Of a stretch of DNA of 64,000 nucleotides, positions 56,201-63,993 are shown piece after piece. Every line of letters begins with the position of its first letter. The stretch's first letter is position 1. The position numbers were made by a program, and so were the translations under genes. Below the pieces are notes generated by a model, which had not been told where the DNA came from, ran no database searches, and saw nothing but the letters and a program-made list of their open reading frames with translations. The DNA comes from Ostreococcus lucimarinus (taxonomy: Eukaryota): NCBI GenBank assembly GCA_000092065.1, contig CP000581.1; one strand, 5' to 3'.

Positions 56201-58307
56201 CGTTACTCGCCTTGACTCGTTCGATCTCTTCGCTGTGCGCCTTCTTCAGAGCAACCACGCGCTGTTCAAACTGGATCTGCGCGTCACGAATGGCATCGTT
56301 CGCTTGAGCGCTTACATCGACAACCGATGTGACTGGATCGGCGCGCTCAACTGGAGCGCCGCGCTCGATGTTGCGTCCAGGACTGGCCTTGTTCATCTCC
56401 GAATCAAGAAGCGCCTTTAGCGCTCGTCGCTCCCCAGCGGCACCGCGCATCGCGCTGTCGTACTTGGCCACGAGAGAGCTAATTTCAACTTCAGCCTCGG
56501 CACGTATTTCGGCAATCTTCGAAAGGAACTCGTCCTGAGTCGTCGAGTCACTGTCTTGAATCAGTCCCGCCACCGGCTCCCGTACTTTTGAGAGCGTGGC
56601 GGCAAAATCGGCCCGCTCTTTCACAATTCTCTCGCTATAAGACGCACAAATCGCTTTCAGTTGATCTTCGAGGAATGACAGGCGTTCTCCAGAGGTGACC
56701 TTCGCAAGAGCCAATTCTGACCGAAGCGTCGCCAGGTGCATGCGCTGCAGGTCACGTGATGCGCGATACTTGCTTGCTTCACTTCTTCCAAGTTCGCGTT
56801 CAGCGCGAATCAAGCCACGCGCGGCTCTAATTTCGATTTCATGACGCGTCGCCATAGATTTGTTCACCTCTTTCGCTTCGTGCAAAGCATCCTCAGCAAT
56901 ATTCAGCGCTTTCTCAAGCCTCTCGATGCTGCCCTTCAGCGTAACCTCTTGCGCGTGGAAGGCAGCTTCGTTTGCTTTGATGGCGGTTTCGTGCTCCTCT
57001 TTCATCTTTACGAGCACACGTTGAAGTTCTTCGGTGCTTTGTCCTCCCGCGCCGGCGCTTGAAAGCGAATCGATTTGCACATCCTTCATGTGGCGCTTGA
57101 AGTCGTCGTTCAGAGTCTTGAGGTTATCATTCTTCTCCTTCTTCATGGCGCCGAGCTTTTCGATTTCGGTTTCAAACTCCAGAATCATTGACTGCCGCAG
57201 TACTTCTAAGCGTCGCACCGCGCTACTATCGCTTTCCAAAGGCTGAGCAAGACTGGGCAAACGTTCCAATTTGGATCGCACTTTTTGCACGTCAACGCCA
57301 GAGCGAGAGATACCGAAGCCGATTGCCGCAGCGGCAACTGCAGCCGCAGACGCGATACCAGCTACCGCAGCGGTTTTTGCAACGACTGGCGGAAGCGCAT
57401 TATTGTGACGCAAAGTCATCGAGGTCGCATTTACCGCTGGTAAATTTTGAGCGAACGGGGCGACTGTTGCCGTTTTCACCACATTTTTTGGACGCTCAGC
57501 CACGATCGAGGTCGTCACCTGCGGCACAGTCGGCGACGCCGCGCGCCGATCGGCTGAAAAACTGTGTTTACCTCCGATAAGAGCCACGGCCGTCGCGATA
57601 CCACCGTAAATGAGCTTGGTCTCGGTATCGAATCTCTCAGTCGCGCGCATCATCGTCGTCGCGAGGGATGTCTGTTGTATTTTTTTCCGCACGATGGACG
57701 TCGTTTCTACCGTCTTCTTCACAATACTCGTCGTGGCCTTCATCCCAAGCGCCACGACTTCGTTCGCATCGCTCGATCGTTCGCATCGTTCGCATCGTTC
57801 GCATCGTTCGCATCGCTCGCATCCCTCGCCATCCTCATCGTCGTGCTCGTGCTCGTGCGATTCTTCGTACTCTTCGTACGCCTCGTCCGACATCCACGAG
57901 AACGACGCGAACCCGGGCGCGCTGTCGAACCCAGCCATACCAACTCTCCCCGCCCCCGGTCGCCGAACTTCACGCTCTTCGTCCTCGTCTTCCGCGCCCC
58001 CCCCGACCTCGAGCTCGAGCACTATCTCGTCCACGAGCTTGTATCCGCGAAAACTCGCCGTCCCGACGCCGTTTTCAAACATCGCGCGTCCGATCTCTCC
58101 CGGCTCGTCCCCTCGTCCCGCGCACGTCACCACGCGCCCGACTCGCATCGACGCCCTCCCGCGCGCGCTCGCCCGCGCGTCGCTCGCGCTCGCCCCTCGC
58201 GTCGCGTCGCCGCGCCGCTTCCCTCCCTCTCGCGTCGTCTCCCGCCGCCCCAGCGCGAGCGCGCCGCGCGCGCGCGTCGACATCACCCCGCGATCGACGA
58301 TCGCCAT
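47280..58307 (-). CDS. giant coiled-coil protein (3675 aa) with internal tandem repeats and possible N-terminal hydrophobic anchor. Start uncertain
   Basis: Uninterrupted 11 kb ORF; heptad-rich E/K/A/L/Q composition throughout. Recurring blocks QFEQRVVALKKAHNEEIERV and VKYTLPQ..YKFEG. N-terminal hydrophobic segments (LIYGGIATAVALIGG, AGIASAAAVAAAAIGFGI). CERCERCERCER tract. Real ATG at 58307, but downstream Mets (e.g. MFENG) are also possible. Confidence 0.7.
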   Translation of the reverse strand: MAIVDRGVMSTRARGALALGRRETTREGGKRRGDATRGASASDARASARGRASMRVGRVVTCAGRGDEPGEIGRAMFENGVGTASFRGYKLVDEIVLELEVGGGAEDEDEEREVRRPGAGRVGMAGFDSAPGFASFSWMSDEAYEEYEESHEHEHDDEDGEGCERCERCERCERCERSSDANEVVALGMKATTSIVKKTVETTSIVRKKIQQTSLATTMMRATERFDTETKLIYGGIATAVALIGGKHSFSADRRAASPTVPQVTTSIVAERPKNVVKTATVAPFAQNLPAVNATSMTLRHNNALPPVVAKTAAVAGIASAAAVAAAAIGFGISRSGVDVQKVRSKLERLPSLAQPLESDSSAVRRLEVLRQSMILEFETEIEKLGAMKKEKNDNLKTLNDDFKRHMKDVQIDSLSSAGAGGQSTEELQRVLVKMKEEHETAIKANEAAFHAQEVTLKGSIERLEKALNIAEDALHEAKEVNKSMATRHEIEIRAARGLIRAERELGRSEASKYRASRDLQRMHLATLRSELALAKVTSGERLSFLEDQLKAICASYSERIVKERADFAATLSKVREPVAGLIQDSDSTTQDEFLSKIAEIRAEAEVEISSLVAKYDSAMRGAAGERRALKALLDSEMNKASPGRNIERGAPVERADPVTSVVDVSAQANDAIRDAQIQFEQRVVALKKAHSEEIERVKASNASKPSQSALSVDQFNAALREEQLKFEQRVVALKKAHNEEIERVKASNASKPSQSALSVDQFNAALREEQLNFEQRVVALKKAHNEEIERVKASNASKPSQSALSVDQFNAALREEQLNFEQRVVALKKAHNEEIERVKVSKKSQVAVSPVEMRNDVDVDAVRDEAVRGVAGERRALKSMFDSEMRKASERTLTRLQSEVAISEVSSSKKMNDAIRDAQIQFEQRVVALKKAHNEELERLKRSATKDDAPAKIKALEQAHQMAIQTTAAAHATALEDARRESDRRVTQAEDRARDAISKLNESEASKAQLLAQFEAERINVKSNLASEQDAVKQDVTTLKEMYDDMLVRAVAEIQSLAEASKVQLESALKSTTGERNAMYKMMRAEAVKRLNQFDANEEIIDLKKQLSENMAIAEEQLVEAVAELKAENEQLEASLRASSSSTAEARVQLNDAIRDAQIQFEQRVVALKKAHNEEIERVRAASKASTHAVESPAYWEKKIKDVELMKDAQLKQLRQSYEQKIADLQASSSSSSSKDVDAQVAALNKQLEDAQKEREEAVKRAVAEIVADKDRLQAAVDAAKSQLDASLCELEELKALIKSDTPGVDVSAEITELQRQLRERTEVERDLRNQIASAQQTVKYTSPESITYKFEDTSRKTPENTANVNALEAKISALESQLTEMQKTKREYDAKIESLKASARAAPAVPAATTAGSDESAAKDAMILDLKKQLSEQSWRLQEQKAIAEEQLVEAVAELKAENEQLEASLRASSGSPVDTSAQVNDAIRDAQIQFEQRVVALKKAHNEEIERVRAASKASTTTGVSDRSAEIDALNKKLQDAENDAEEQVEAAVATILADNAKLQAAAAAEKAQLDASLRELEELKASMSKASGSDGLSSVVSDLQAQLSKRSSIELELRGQVDAAKAELQSLKTASKNGVKYTLPQFIKYTFEGGSTDDKLMKAQQAKISALESQLTEMQKTKREYDAKIESLKASARAAPAVPAATTAGSDESAAKDAMILDLKKQLSEQSWRLQEQKAIAEEQLVEAVAELKAENEQLEASLRASSGSPVDTSAQVNDAIRDAQIQFEQRVVALKKAHNEEIERVRAASKASTTTGVSDRSAEIDALNKKLQDAENDAEEQVEAAVATILADNAKLQAAAAAEKAQLDASLRELEELKASMSKASGSDGLSSVVSDLQAQLSKRSSIELELRGQVDAAKAELQSLKTASKNGVKYTLPQFIKYTFEGGSTDDKLMKAQQAKISALESQLTEMQKTKREYDAKIESLKASARAAPAVPAATTAGSDESAAKDAMILDLKKQLSEQSWRLQEQKAIAEEHLVEAVASIQAFASSELAQRDASSRSSAGERRALYAMMRNEAIKQSADAMVEFTAEVATAEAQSSIFWEQKIREVEAAKDAQIDRLKQEYQGKIDALQSSTAWVSSDDDEMKKIKAQLAASKSSESELRKRVESTKKDLEDLKQKSKGGIKYTLPQTVTYKFTGNKVDASLEKERDALQAQVTRLESQLDEMQKSKRLYEQTIANMKSTSKTDTETATIDDQVAALKKQLADANESAERELIQAVAEIQASAEADRVALVALVKSEADDRVSQESKLFQEEKEALITAQTLEIETLQNAMKTSLASDETTKVKQAEDLWKAKLEEVERSAKIQADEIAAEYEATVKRLELQLEEVSEGYESTIKKLNKTLKRTATETEAELRLEVTEARKELDAFKRKQQQKREKSVVKYTLPQSVTYKFEGSTGEVKRLKKQRDALQEKLEKLEAEFATQAKRSSPDVEKHIFDLEAQIKAVRAERDQDVLSVTTRLQSEKLDSERRLEKELEKARKGMQKAEEKYKAVLDKAKGDRGGIFASIIGASQGQDASLDAVNAQIKDQTVLLSAAETEARDAQEREVKLREEISRLTLEFEQKSSASANEIAALKAELKDAVSNASSTFAAESETTVKEYKQRISELESKLKSGDDTVAAIAKLQADAQEQLAVTVARLNEERERAVADAETKYALDLARLTENASASFDEDDEMTAAVAQMLRKMAKLEQERDAWQFDSVAWKDQAKSYEANVRSLESERADILVKYQNSQAMLGSRISEMNAMKEKHNDEIVRAVAQTTADATLEFNQKIQESKEHTREVEVLLAALREDFKERVRDSAQLMNKQLKSRERELEKQIRRAHRDYAEQAKKMENVQYRLASVQADEANVRSLESERADILVKYQNSQAMLGSRISEMNAMKEKHNDEIVRAVAQTMADATLEFNQKIQESKEHTREVEVLLAALREDFKERVRDSAQLMNKQLKSRERELEKQIRRAHRDYAEQAKKMENVQYRLASVQAEFAEAEAKWSRSMLLMKEDFERRLKSEQVTLAEKIAFYEQRVGALTDELDVAKKQSSSSKVVSETSVQRPLFEFNKGKVAAERAAREDAERKLRAAQSEMVTLRDQLLAAKEEATKAKEDAALAAEEAALAAEEAAKTSAPSLFERLFGASNRSMKETNASTPTESVIQKSKPAQSPSKVATLERDLEAAVKKLSEFKTAQKAEIEAVEKAMRIESESKLKALESKVSTLENQLANSEKIANQKLASAMEAAKAERDRMEKTLRTEIAAAKKLTESAKLAAQREYIAALREAETTAKKALRDQLAIAAAERSKSEAALRATAKKANDKLKAKIANFENMLNDRDLEIEAKFNAQFDKLVVDFRQEVETLQRAVRDAEKRAGQTGGPPQIVEKVVEKIVEVEKIVEKEVATSTGRRGDADAYAEEIAKTQASLKELRERSEIDIAKLRESYEARLRDTIAAKDAALKASREKALKIVAEEKSKAEKSLRLSVSDREKQLEADRLALERSFEQTATERDEYAVEIKRLRVSLDEAKKRLRDFVNLSDEELKVLEESKKVAGELDDLKSKYAESMGISVQDVEAEDVVKSMTISSLRSVITRKTNTNETKKTAASAVDYFTQLLDMSNEDK
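49167..49980. repeat. 408-bp tandem duplication (2 copies) inside the giant coiled-coil gene
   Basis: Copies starting at about 49167 and 49575 read near-identically (..ggcctgaacactcgcaagtcgatactggacattctccattttcttcgcctgttccgcataatccctgtgcgc..). Duplicated six-frame ORFs 49002/49425/49833 share sequence. Confidence 0.8.
52176..54198. repeat. 885-bp tandem repeat, 2 full copies plus about 250-bp partial third, essentially identical, inside the giant coiled-coil gene
   Basis: Identical six-frame ORFs offset by exactly 885 nt (52204/53089/53974; 52505/53390; 52597/53482; 52734/53619). Direct reading confirms identity from cgacggcctcgacgag onward. Confidence 0.9.
55788..56350. repeat. 141-bp tandem repeat (about 4 copies), each encoding a 47-aa unit FEQRVVALKKAHNEEIERVKASNASKPSQSALSVDQFNAALREEQL(K/N)
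   Basis: cttgactcgttcgatctcttcgttgtgcgccttcttcagagcaaccacgcgctgctcaaa recurs at about 55788, 55929, 56070 and 56211. Confidence 0.85.
57761..57825. repeat. 9-bp repeat (CGTTCGCAT)x5-6, encoding (CER)n on the minus strand in the giant gene N-terminal region
   Basis: Direct reading: cgttcgcatcgttcgcatcgttcgcatcgttcgcatcgctcgcatc. Confidence 0.85.
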
Positions 58308-58797
58308 CCTCGCGCGCGCGCGCCCGGCGTCTCCCCGTATCGCGCGCGTCCGACGACGCCACTAATCCAAAACCCGACCGATCGCGTCCCGCGCGCGCGC
58401 GTCCTCGTCGCGTCGCGTCGCTCCGATCGCCCGCGTCGCTCGAATCGCGCTCGCGCGCGTCGGCGTCGACGCGCGTCGATCACTGCGCCGCGCGGCGGCG
58501 CCGCGCGCGACGTCCGCGGTCGATCCGCGTCGCGCGGTCGGTCGGTCGGTCGCCGTTTTATCGCGGCGCGCGCGCGCGCGTCACATGGCGTTCGAGTCGG
58601 TACACTACGACGTCCGCGCGCGTCGTCGTCGCCCCTCGCGCGACGGGTCCGATCGCGACGTCGTCGTCGTCGTCGACGCGCGATCGAGGGTCGACGTCGG
58701 CGCGCGATCGACGCCGCGCGTTTCGCGTCGCGCGCGGGCGCGGCGATCGCGCGCCGACGCGCGATAGGGTCGCGGCGGCGCGAGACGACGACGCGCG

Positions 58798-61110
58798 ATG
58801 GCGACGACGACGACGATGCGCGTCGCGGACGCGAGAGGCGCGATGACGCGAGGCGGCGCGCGATGCGCGCGACGCGCGACGGCGCGACGCGCGACGCGCG
58901 CGACGGCGCGACGCGCGACGGTGGCGAACGCGGGGCAGACGATGTACGATAAAATCATCGACGACCACCGCGTGCGAACGCAGGACGACGGGACGCTGCT
59001 GCTGTACATCGATCGACACATGATACACGAGGTGACGTCGCCGCAAGCGTTCGAGGGGCTGCGAACGGCGGGACGGGCGGTGCGACGACCGGATAACACG
59101 CTGGCGACGGTGGATCACAACGTGCCCACGAGCGACCGGAGCGGGTTCGAGAGCGCGGAGACGTTCATCAAGGAGATGGACTCTCGCGTGCAGGTGTTGC
59201 AGCTGGAGGAGAACGTGGAGGAGTTTGGGGTGACGTATTTCGGGATGGACGATAAGAGACAGGGGATCGTGCACATCATCGGACCGGAACAGGGGTTCAC
59301 GCTGCCGGGGACGACGGTGGTGTGCGGGGACTCGCACACGGCGACGCACGGCGCGTTCGGGGCGCTGGCGTTCGGAATCGGGACGAGCGAGGTCGAACAC
59401 GTGCTCGCGACGCAGACGTTGTTGCAAAAGCCGTCGAAGAATATGCGAATCACGATCGATGGGAAGCTCGGAGATGGGGTGACGAGTAAGGATATTATTT
59501 TGCACATCATCGGCGTCATCGGCACGGCGGGCGGAAACGGCTCCGTGATTGAATTCGCGGGCGAAGCCATTCGCTCGCTCTCCATGGAGGCGCGAATGAG
59601 TATTTGTAACATGGCCATTGAAGGTGGGGCGCGCGCGGGTATGATTGCCCCGGATGAGATCACGTTCGAGTACCTCAAGGGTCGTCCGATGTCGCCTCGA
59701 GGGGAGACGTGGAATCGCGCGGTCGAGTACTGGAAGTCTCTCGCCTCCGACGCGGATTCCAAGTACGATCGCGAGATCGTTATTCCGGCGTCCGATATCG
59801 AACCCACGGTGACTTGGGGGACGTCCCCGCAAGATGTCGTTGGGATTTCGGGCATCGTTCCCGATCCGAAGGACTTCGACGAGGCGCGCGGCAAGTCGAT
59901 GCAACGCGCGCTCGATTACATGGGTCTGACCCCGGGCACTAAGATGCAAGATGTCGTCGTCGACAAGGTGTTCGTCGGCTCGTGCACGAACGGTCGCATC
60001 GAAGACGTGCGCGCGGTCGCCGCGGTGGCCAAAGGTAGAAAGGTTGCCGACAACGTGTACGCCATGGTCGTCCCGGGTTCGGGCATCGTCAAGGAGCAAG
60101 CCGAAGCCGAAGGCTTGGACGTCATCCTCAAGGAAGCTGGCTTCGACTGGCGCGAGCCCGGTTGCTCGATGTGTTTGGCAATGAACCCGGATAAGTTGCT
60201 TCCGGGCGAACGCTGCGCGTCAACCTCCAACCGTAACTTTGAAGGTCGTCAAGGCAACGGCGGTCGCACGCACTTGATGTCGCCGGCGATGGCTGCCGCC
60301 GCGGCCATCACGGGTAAGCTTTGCGACGTCCGCACCCTCGGCTCTGGCGCTGTCTTGACCGGCGAAGATGCTCCGGGTAAGCTCGAAAGCAAGGACTTCT
60401 TATCGGACGCCTTGGTCACTTCCCCGCCGCCGCAAAAGAAGGACAACGGTCCGGCGGGCGCGGGCGGCATGGCCAAGTTTACCACCTTGAAGGGTGTAGC
60501 CGCGGCCATGGAACTTCAGAACATCGACACCGATATGATCATCCCCAAGCAATTCTTGAAGACGATCAAGCGCACCGGCCTCGGAGTCTCTGCGTTTTAC
60601 GAAATGCGTTACGACGAGCAAGGCGTCGAACGCCCGGATTTCGTGTTGAACAACGAGCCGTACCGCAACGCCTCCATTTTGGTCGCCGGTAACAATTTTG
60701 GTTGCGGGTCTTCTCGTGAGCACGCGCCGTGGGCGATTAATGACTTCGGCATTCGATGCATCATCTCCACCGCCTTTGCCGACATCTTCTTCAACAACTG
60801 CTTCAAGAACGCCATGTTGCCAATCGTTCTCGACGAAGCCACCGTGAACACGCTCATGGCGGACGCCAACGCCAAGCAAGAGCTCGAAATCGACTTGCCG
60901 AACCAAGTCGTCATTCGATCAAACGGCGAGAAGATTCCATTCGAAGTCGACGAGTTCCGCAAGCACTGCTTGATCAACGGCTTGGACGACATCGGCTTGA
61001 CGATGCAGCAAGACGCCGACATCGCCGCGTTCGAGGCCAAGCGCACCGAAAACTTCCCGTGGCTCAACGGCGCCGGCTACGTCCAAGGCAGCGCCACCCC
61101 GGCGCGTTAA
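58798..61110 (+). CDS. LEU1: 3-isopropylmalate dehydratase, fused large+small subunits (LeuC-LeuD, LEU1-type) with organellar presequence
   Basis: [11 protein letters not shown]...[21 protein letters not shown]...[33 protein letters not shown] (LeuC, aconitase-family Fe-S ligand region). C-terminal [35 protein letters not shown]...[23 protein letters not shown] (LeuD). Single ORF of 770 aa. Real ATG. Confidence 0.9.
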   Translation: MATTTTMRVADARGAMTRGGARCARRATARRATRATARRATVANAGQTMYDKIIDDHRVRTQDDGTLLLYIDRHMIHEVTSPQAFEGLRTAGRAVRRPDNTLATVDHNVPTSDRSGFESAETFIKEMDSRVQVLQLEENVEEFGVTYFGMDDKRQGIVHIIGPEQGFTLPGTTVVCGDSHTATHGAFGALAFGIGTSEVEHVLATQTLLQKPSKNMRITIDGKLGDGVTSKDIILHIIGVIGTAGGNGSVIEFAGEAIRSLSMEARMSICNMAIEGGARAGMIAPDEITFEYLKGRPMSPRGETWNRAVEYWKSLASDADSKYDREIVIPASDIEPTVTWGTSPQDVVGISGIVPDPKDFDEARGKSMQRALDYMGLTPGTKMQDVVVDKVFVGSCTNGRIEDVRAVAAVAKGRKVADNVYAMVVPGSGIVKEQAEAEGLDVILKEAGFDWREPGCSMCLAMNPDKLLPGERCASTSNRNFEGRQGNGGRTHLMSPAMAAAAAITGKLCDVRTLGSGAVLTGEDAPGKLESKDFLSDALVTSPPPQKKDNGPAGAGGMAKFTTLKGVAAAMELQNIDTDMIIPKQFLKTIKRTGLGVSAFYEMRYDEQGVERPDFVLNNEPYRNASILVAGNNFGCGSSREHAPWAINDFGIRCIISTAFADIFFNNCFKNAMLPIVLDEATVNTLMADANAKQELEIDLPNQVVIRSNGEKIPFEVDEFRKHCLINGLDDIGLTMQQDADIAAFEAKRTENFPWLNGAGYVQGSATPAR

Positions 61111-61240
61111 TACCACGCACGTCGAAACTTTAGCACAACCACACGATTGCAACGATCACGTATTACCACTATCGACGCGCGTCTCCGCCGTCCGCGCTGG
61201 CCCCCTCATCCGCCACCGTCATCCGCACACCACCGCGCGT

Positions 61241-62410
61241 TTGCCCGACATGTTCCGCCGAGCCGGCGACAAATTTGCCGCGCGAACCGCGCGCGCGACG
61301 TTCGCGCTCTTCGGCGACGTCACCGCGTCCACGCGCGTTCCGCGCGCGTCGTCTCGCGCGCGACGGTTCGCCCAACCGTCAGCCATCGCCATCGCGCGCG
61401 AATTCGCCGACGACGCGCACAATCGCGTGCGCTACCCTTCGCCCGAGGTGAAGATCGGCCAGCCCGCGCCGCAGTTCGATTCTCCCGCGTGCGTCGACGG
61501 CGATCTCGGCCGGGTGAAGCTGAGCGATTACCTCGGGAAGTATTGCGTGGTGTTCTTCTACCCGCTCGACTTTACGTTTGTGTGCCCGACGGAGATCACG
61601 GCGTTTAACGATCGCGCGGATGAATTCGAAGCGCTGAACACGAAAGTGATAGCGGTGTCGACGGATAGTGAGTACTCGCACTTGGCGTGGACGATGATGG
61701 AACGCGAACGAGGCGGTTTGGGGGCGATGCGGATACCGATCGTGAGCGACCGGACGAAGGAGATCAGCGCCAAGTACGGAGTGCTGTTCGAAGACCGAGG
61801 AATTGCGCTGAGAGGGCTGTTTATCATCGACGACGAGGGGATCGTGCAGCAGATCACGATGAATAACTTGCCCGTGGGGCGGAGCGTGGACGAGACGCTG
61901 CGGCTCGTGCGAGCGTTTCAGTACACGGCGGAACACGGCGAGGTGTGTCCGGCGGGATGGACGCCCGGTGCGCCCACGATGATCGATGATCCTGAAAAGT
62001 CCAAGACGTATTTCGAGCAACACGCTGGCGCGCCAAGTGGGGGATCGTCTTCAAGCGGCGGTTCGTCGAACGGCGATTTCGCCGCCAAGCTCACGCCCAT
62101 CGCGTCGCGCGCAGACTTCAACGCCTTGATCGCTGGACCCAAGCCAGTCGTCGTTGATTTCATGGCGAGCTGGTGCGGCAAGTGTCGACAAATCGCCCCG
62201 GAGGTCGACAAGCTCATCGATCAGTACCCGGATGTCGTCTTCGCGAAATTCGACACGGCGCACGCGGATTTGGCGCCTCTCTCCAAGGAGTTGGGCATCG
62301 AGGCCATGCCGACTTTCAAGTTTTACAAGGACGGCAAAGAAGTCAACGAAGTGATCGGTTACAAGCCTAAGCTCTTGCGCGACGCCGTTGTTGATTTCGC
62401 GGGCCATTGA
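61241..62410 (+). CDS. typical 2-Cys peroxiredoxin (AhpC/BAS1 type) with transit peptide, fused through a Gly/Ser linker to a C-terminal thioredoxin domain (WCGKC)
   Basis: Prx: [14 protein letters not shown] (peroxidatic Cys) ... [13 protein letters not shown] (resolving Cys). Linker [16 protein letters not shown]. Trx: [22 protein letters not shown]...[22 protein letters not shown]. One continuous ORF. Real ATG. Confidence 0.85.
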   Translation: MPDMFRRAGDKFAARTARATFALFGDVTASTRVPRASSRARRFAQPSAIAIAREFADDAHNRVRYPSPEVKIGQPAPQFDSPACVDGDLGRVKLSDYLGKYCVVFFYPLDFTFVCPTEITAFNDRADEFEALNTKVIAVSTDSEYSHLAWTMMERERGGLGAMRIPIVSDRTKEISAKYGVLFEDRGIALRGLFIIDDEGIVQQITMNNLPVGRSVDETLRLVRAFQYTAEHGEVCPAGWTPGAPTMIDDPEKSKTYFEQHAGAPSGGSSSSGGSSNGDFAAKLTPIASRADFNALIAGPKPVVVDFMASWCGKCRQIAPEVDKLIDQYPDVVFAKFDTAHADLAPLSKELGIEAMPTFKFYKDGKEVNEVIGYKPKLLRDAVVDFAGH

Positions 62411-62440
62411 GACAATTATTTTACAAAACAGTTCCTATCG

Positions 62441-63613
62441 CTAAACGCGCGCTTTTGATTCCACCTCCACCGTGCTTCCATTCGTCGCCCGTGTGTGCTT
62501 GATGACCACACTTTCACCACGCTCGCGCGCTACTCTGACGTTCATCCAAATCTCGAATGCGAGTGCGAGGCGACGTTGCGTCGGCGCGTCGCGTTCCGCC
62601 CGAGCTGGATCTACTCTAACGATCTCGTCGACGTCGCACTGTTCGTGGATAAACGATTTAATGCTCGCAAAAACGTCGCCATCGCGTGGAAACGCACAAA
62701 TCATCGTGTCGAACACGAATCTGTAGTACGACCACAGCGCCTCGTGTCCCGGGTATTGGCGTATGAGGTGACGCGACAATTCGTCTTCATAGAGTACAAT
62801 CGAACGACGATCCGCCGGCCGCGCGCCCAACGCGCGCTTGACGATGTGCGACCGGTAGTGCAACGCGCAATGATCGCTCACGCTCGTTCGCACGCGGCGT
62901 TCGTTTTCACAGAGCTCTTGATCTAACAACTCCCGACGGTTCGGCAAAAGGCGCCGCAGCGCCCACGCGCGATGCGACCACGCCGCGTAATTCAATCTCT
63001 TCTTCAACACCGCCGCGTCGCACGCCCGGCACTCTTCTCGAAACGTTTCTAGCGCCCACGCGTCCTTTTTCGACCCATCACCAATCACCGCCGCGCGCGC
63101 GGCGTCGATCACCCATCGCCGGTGCGCCCAAGCGCTCGGCGCCTTTGGAAATCGACTCTGCACCGCGCGCGCAAACGCCAACTCATCGCGCGCGCCTTCC
63201 ACCAATCCGTCCCGCTCGCGCGCGCTCATCTTCTCGACGCCGTCGAATCGCGCCTTCATCGTTCTCTTTCGCGCGTTCCACGCCGTGGCGTGATCGCCGT
63301 TCGCGCACAGCGCCGTCGCCGCCGCGTCGAAATCCGCGTCGTCGTCGTCGCCCTCCCATCGCCTCGCCGACGCCTCGCGCACGCCCACGACGGCGTCGTG
63401 CGACATCACCAGCGCGTCGCCGCACGCGTAAAACGCGTCCGGCATTCGCGACGCGTTCTCGTCGCCTCGCGTCGTTCCGAACAGCGCCGCTCGCGACACG
63501 TCCGGCGCGTGTTCGACGCTCCGCACCGCGCGCGTCCCGCTCGCGTCGTCGCGCGCGCCGAGCAATCGATCGAGCTCGATCGCCATCGCCGTCGCGCGCG
63601 CGCTCGGCGCCAT
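62441..63613 (-). CDS. protein prenyltransferase alpha-subunit repeat (PPTA) protein; FNTA/PTAR1-like
   Basis: Repeated W..R.W motifs typical of PPTA repeats (NYAAWSHRAWALRRLL, SAWAHRRWVIDAA, EALWSYYRFVFD). Confidence 0.55.
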   Translation of the reverse strand: MAPSARATAMAIELDRLLGARDDASGTRAVRSVEHAPDVSRAALFGTTRGDENASRMPDAFYACGDALVMSHDAVVGVREASARRWEGDDDDADFDAAATALCANGDHATAWNARKRTMKARFDGVEKMSARERDGLVEGARDELAFARAVQSRFPKAPSAWAHRRWVIDAARAAVIGDGSKKDAWALETFREECRACDAAVLKKRLNYAAWSHRAWALRRLLPNRRELLDQELCENERRVRTSVSDHCALHYRSHIVKRALGARPADRRSIVLYEDELSRHLIRQYPGHEALWSYYRFVFDTMICAFPRDGDVFASIKSFIHEQCDVDEIVRVDPARAERDAPTQRRLALAFEIWMNVRVARERGESVVIKHTRATNGSTVEVESKARV

Positions 63614-63668
63614 CGCGCCGCGCCGCGCGCCGCGCGGTGCCGCACATCGCGCCCGGCCGGGCCGGCGC

Positions 63669-63993
63669 GATGCCGCGGCCGCATCGCGCGCGCGGCGTCG
63701 CGCTCGCCGCGCTGCTGACGCTCGCGCGCGCGTCGCGCGTCGCCGCCGACGTCGCGGTGCGCGACTTCGCGCAGACGGGGACGTCGTGGACGTTCCAGGG
63801 CGTCGCCGCGCCGGCCAAGTCGAGCGAGGCGAGCGACGCGCACGCGCTGCGGGTGACGCCCGCGCGCGCGAACGCGGCGGGAAGCGCGTTCGCGACGAGC
63901 AAACAGCTCGTCGGCGGTGGATTCGTGGCGGAGTTCGCGTTCGCGATCACGACGCCCGCGAACGTGGAGGTGCCGTGCGAGGGGGTGGACCAC
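63669..63993 (+). CDS. secreted L-type (legume-like/ERGIC-53/VIP36-like) lectin-domain protein, 3'-truncated by the window end
   Basis: ATG 63669; signal-peptide-like MPRPHRARGVALAALLTLARASRVAA. Then SWTFQG...ALRVTPARANAAGSAFATSKQLVGGGFVAEFAFAITTP matches the L-type lectin N-terminal pattern (W.FQG...LRLTPD...GS.W....F.F.V). Not in the ORF track because it has no stop within the window. Confidence 0.5.

Noticed and set aside
49167-56350. Regularly spaced direct repeats, considered as a possible CRISPR array
   Set aside because: The repeats are 141-885 bp long, lie inside one continuous ORF, and encode coiled-coil heptads. There are no short spacers and no cas genes. The context is eukaryotic.
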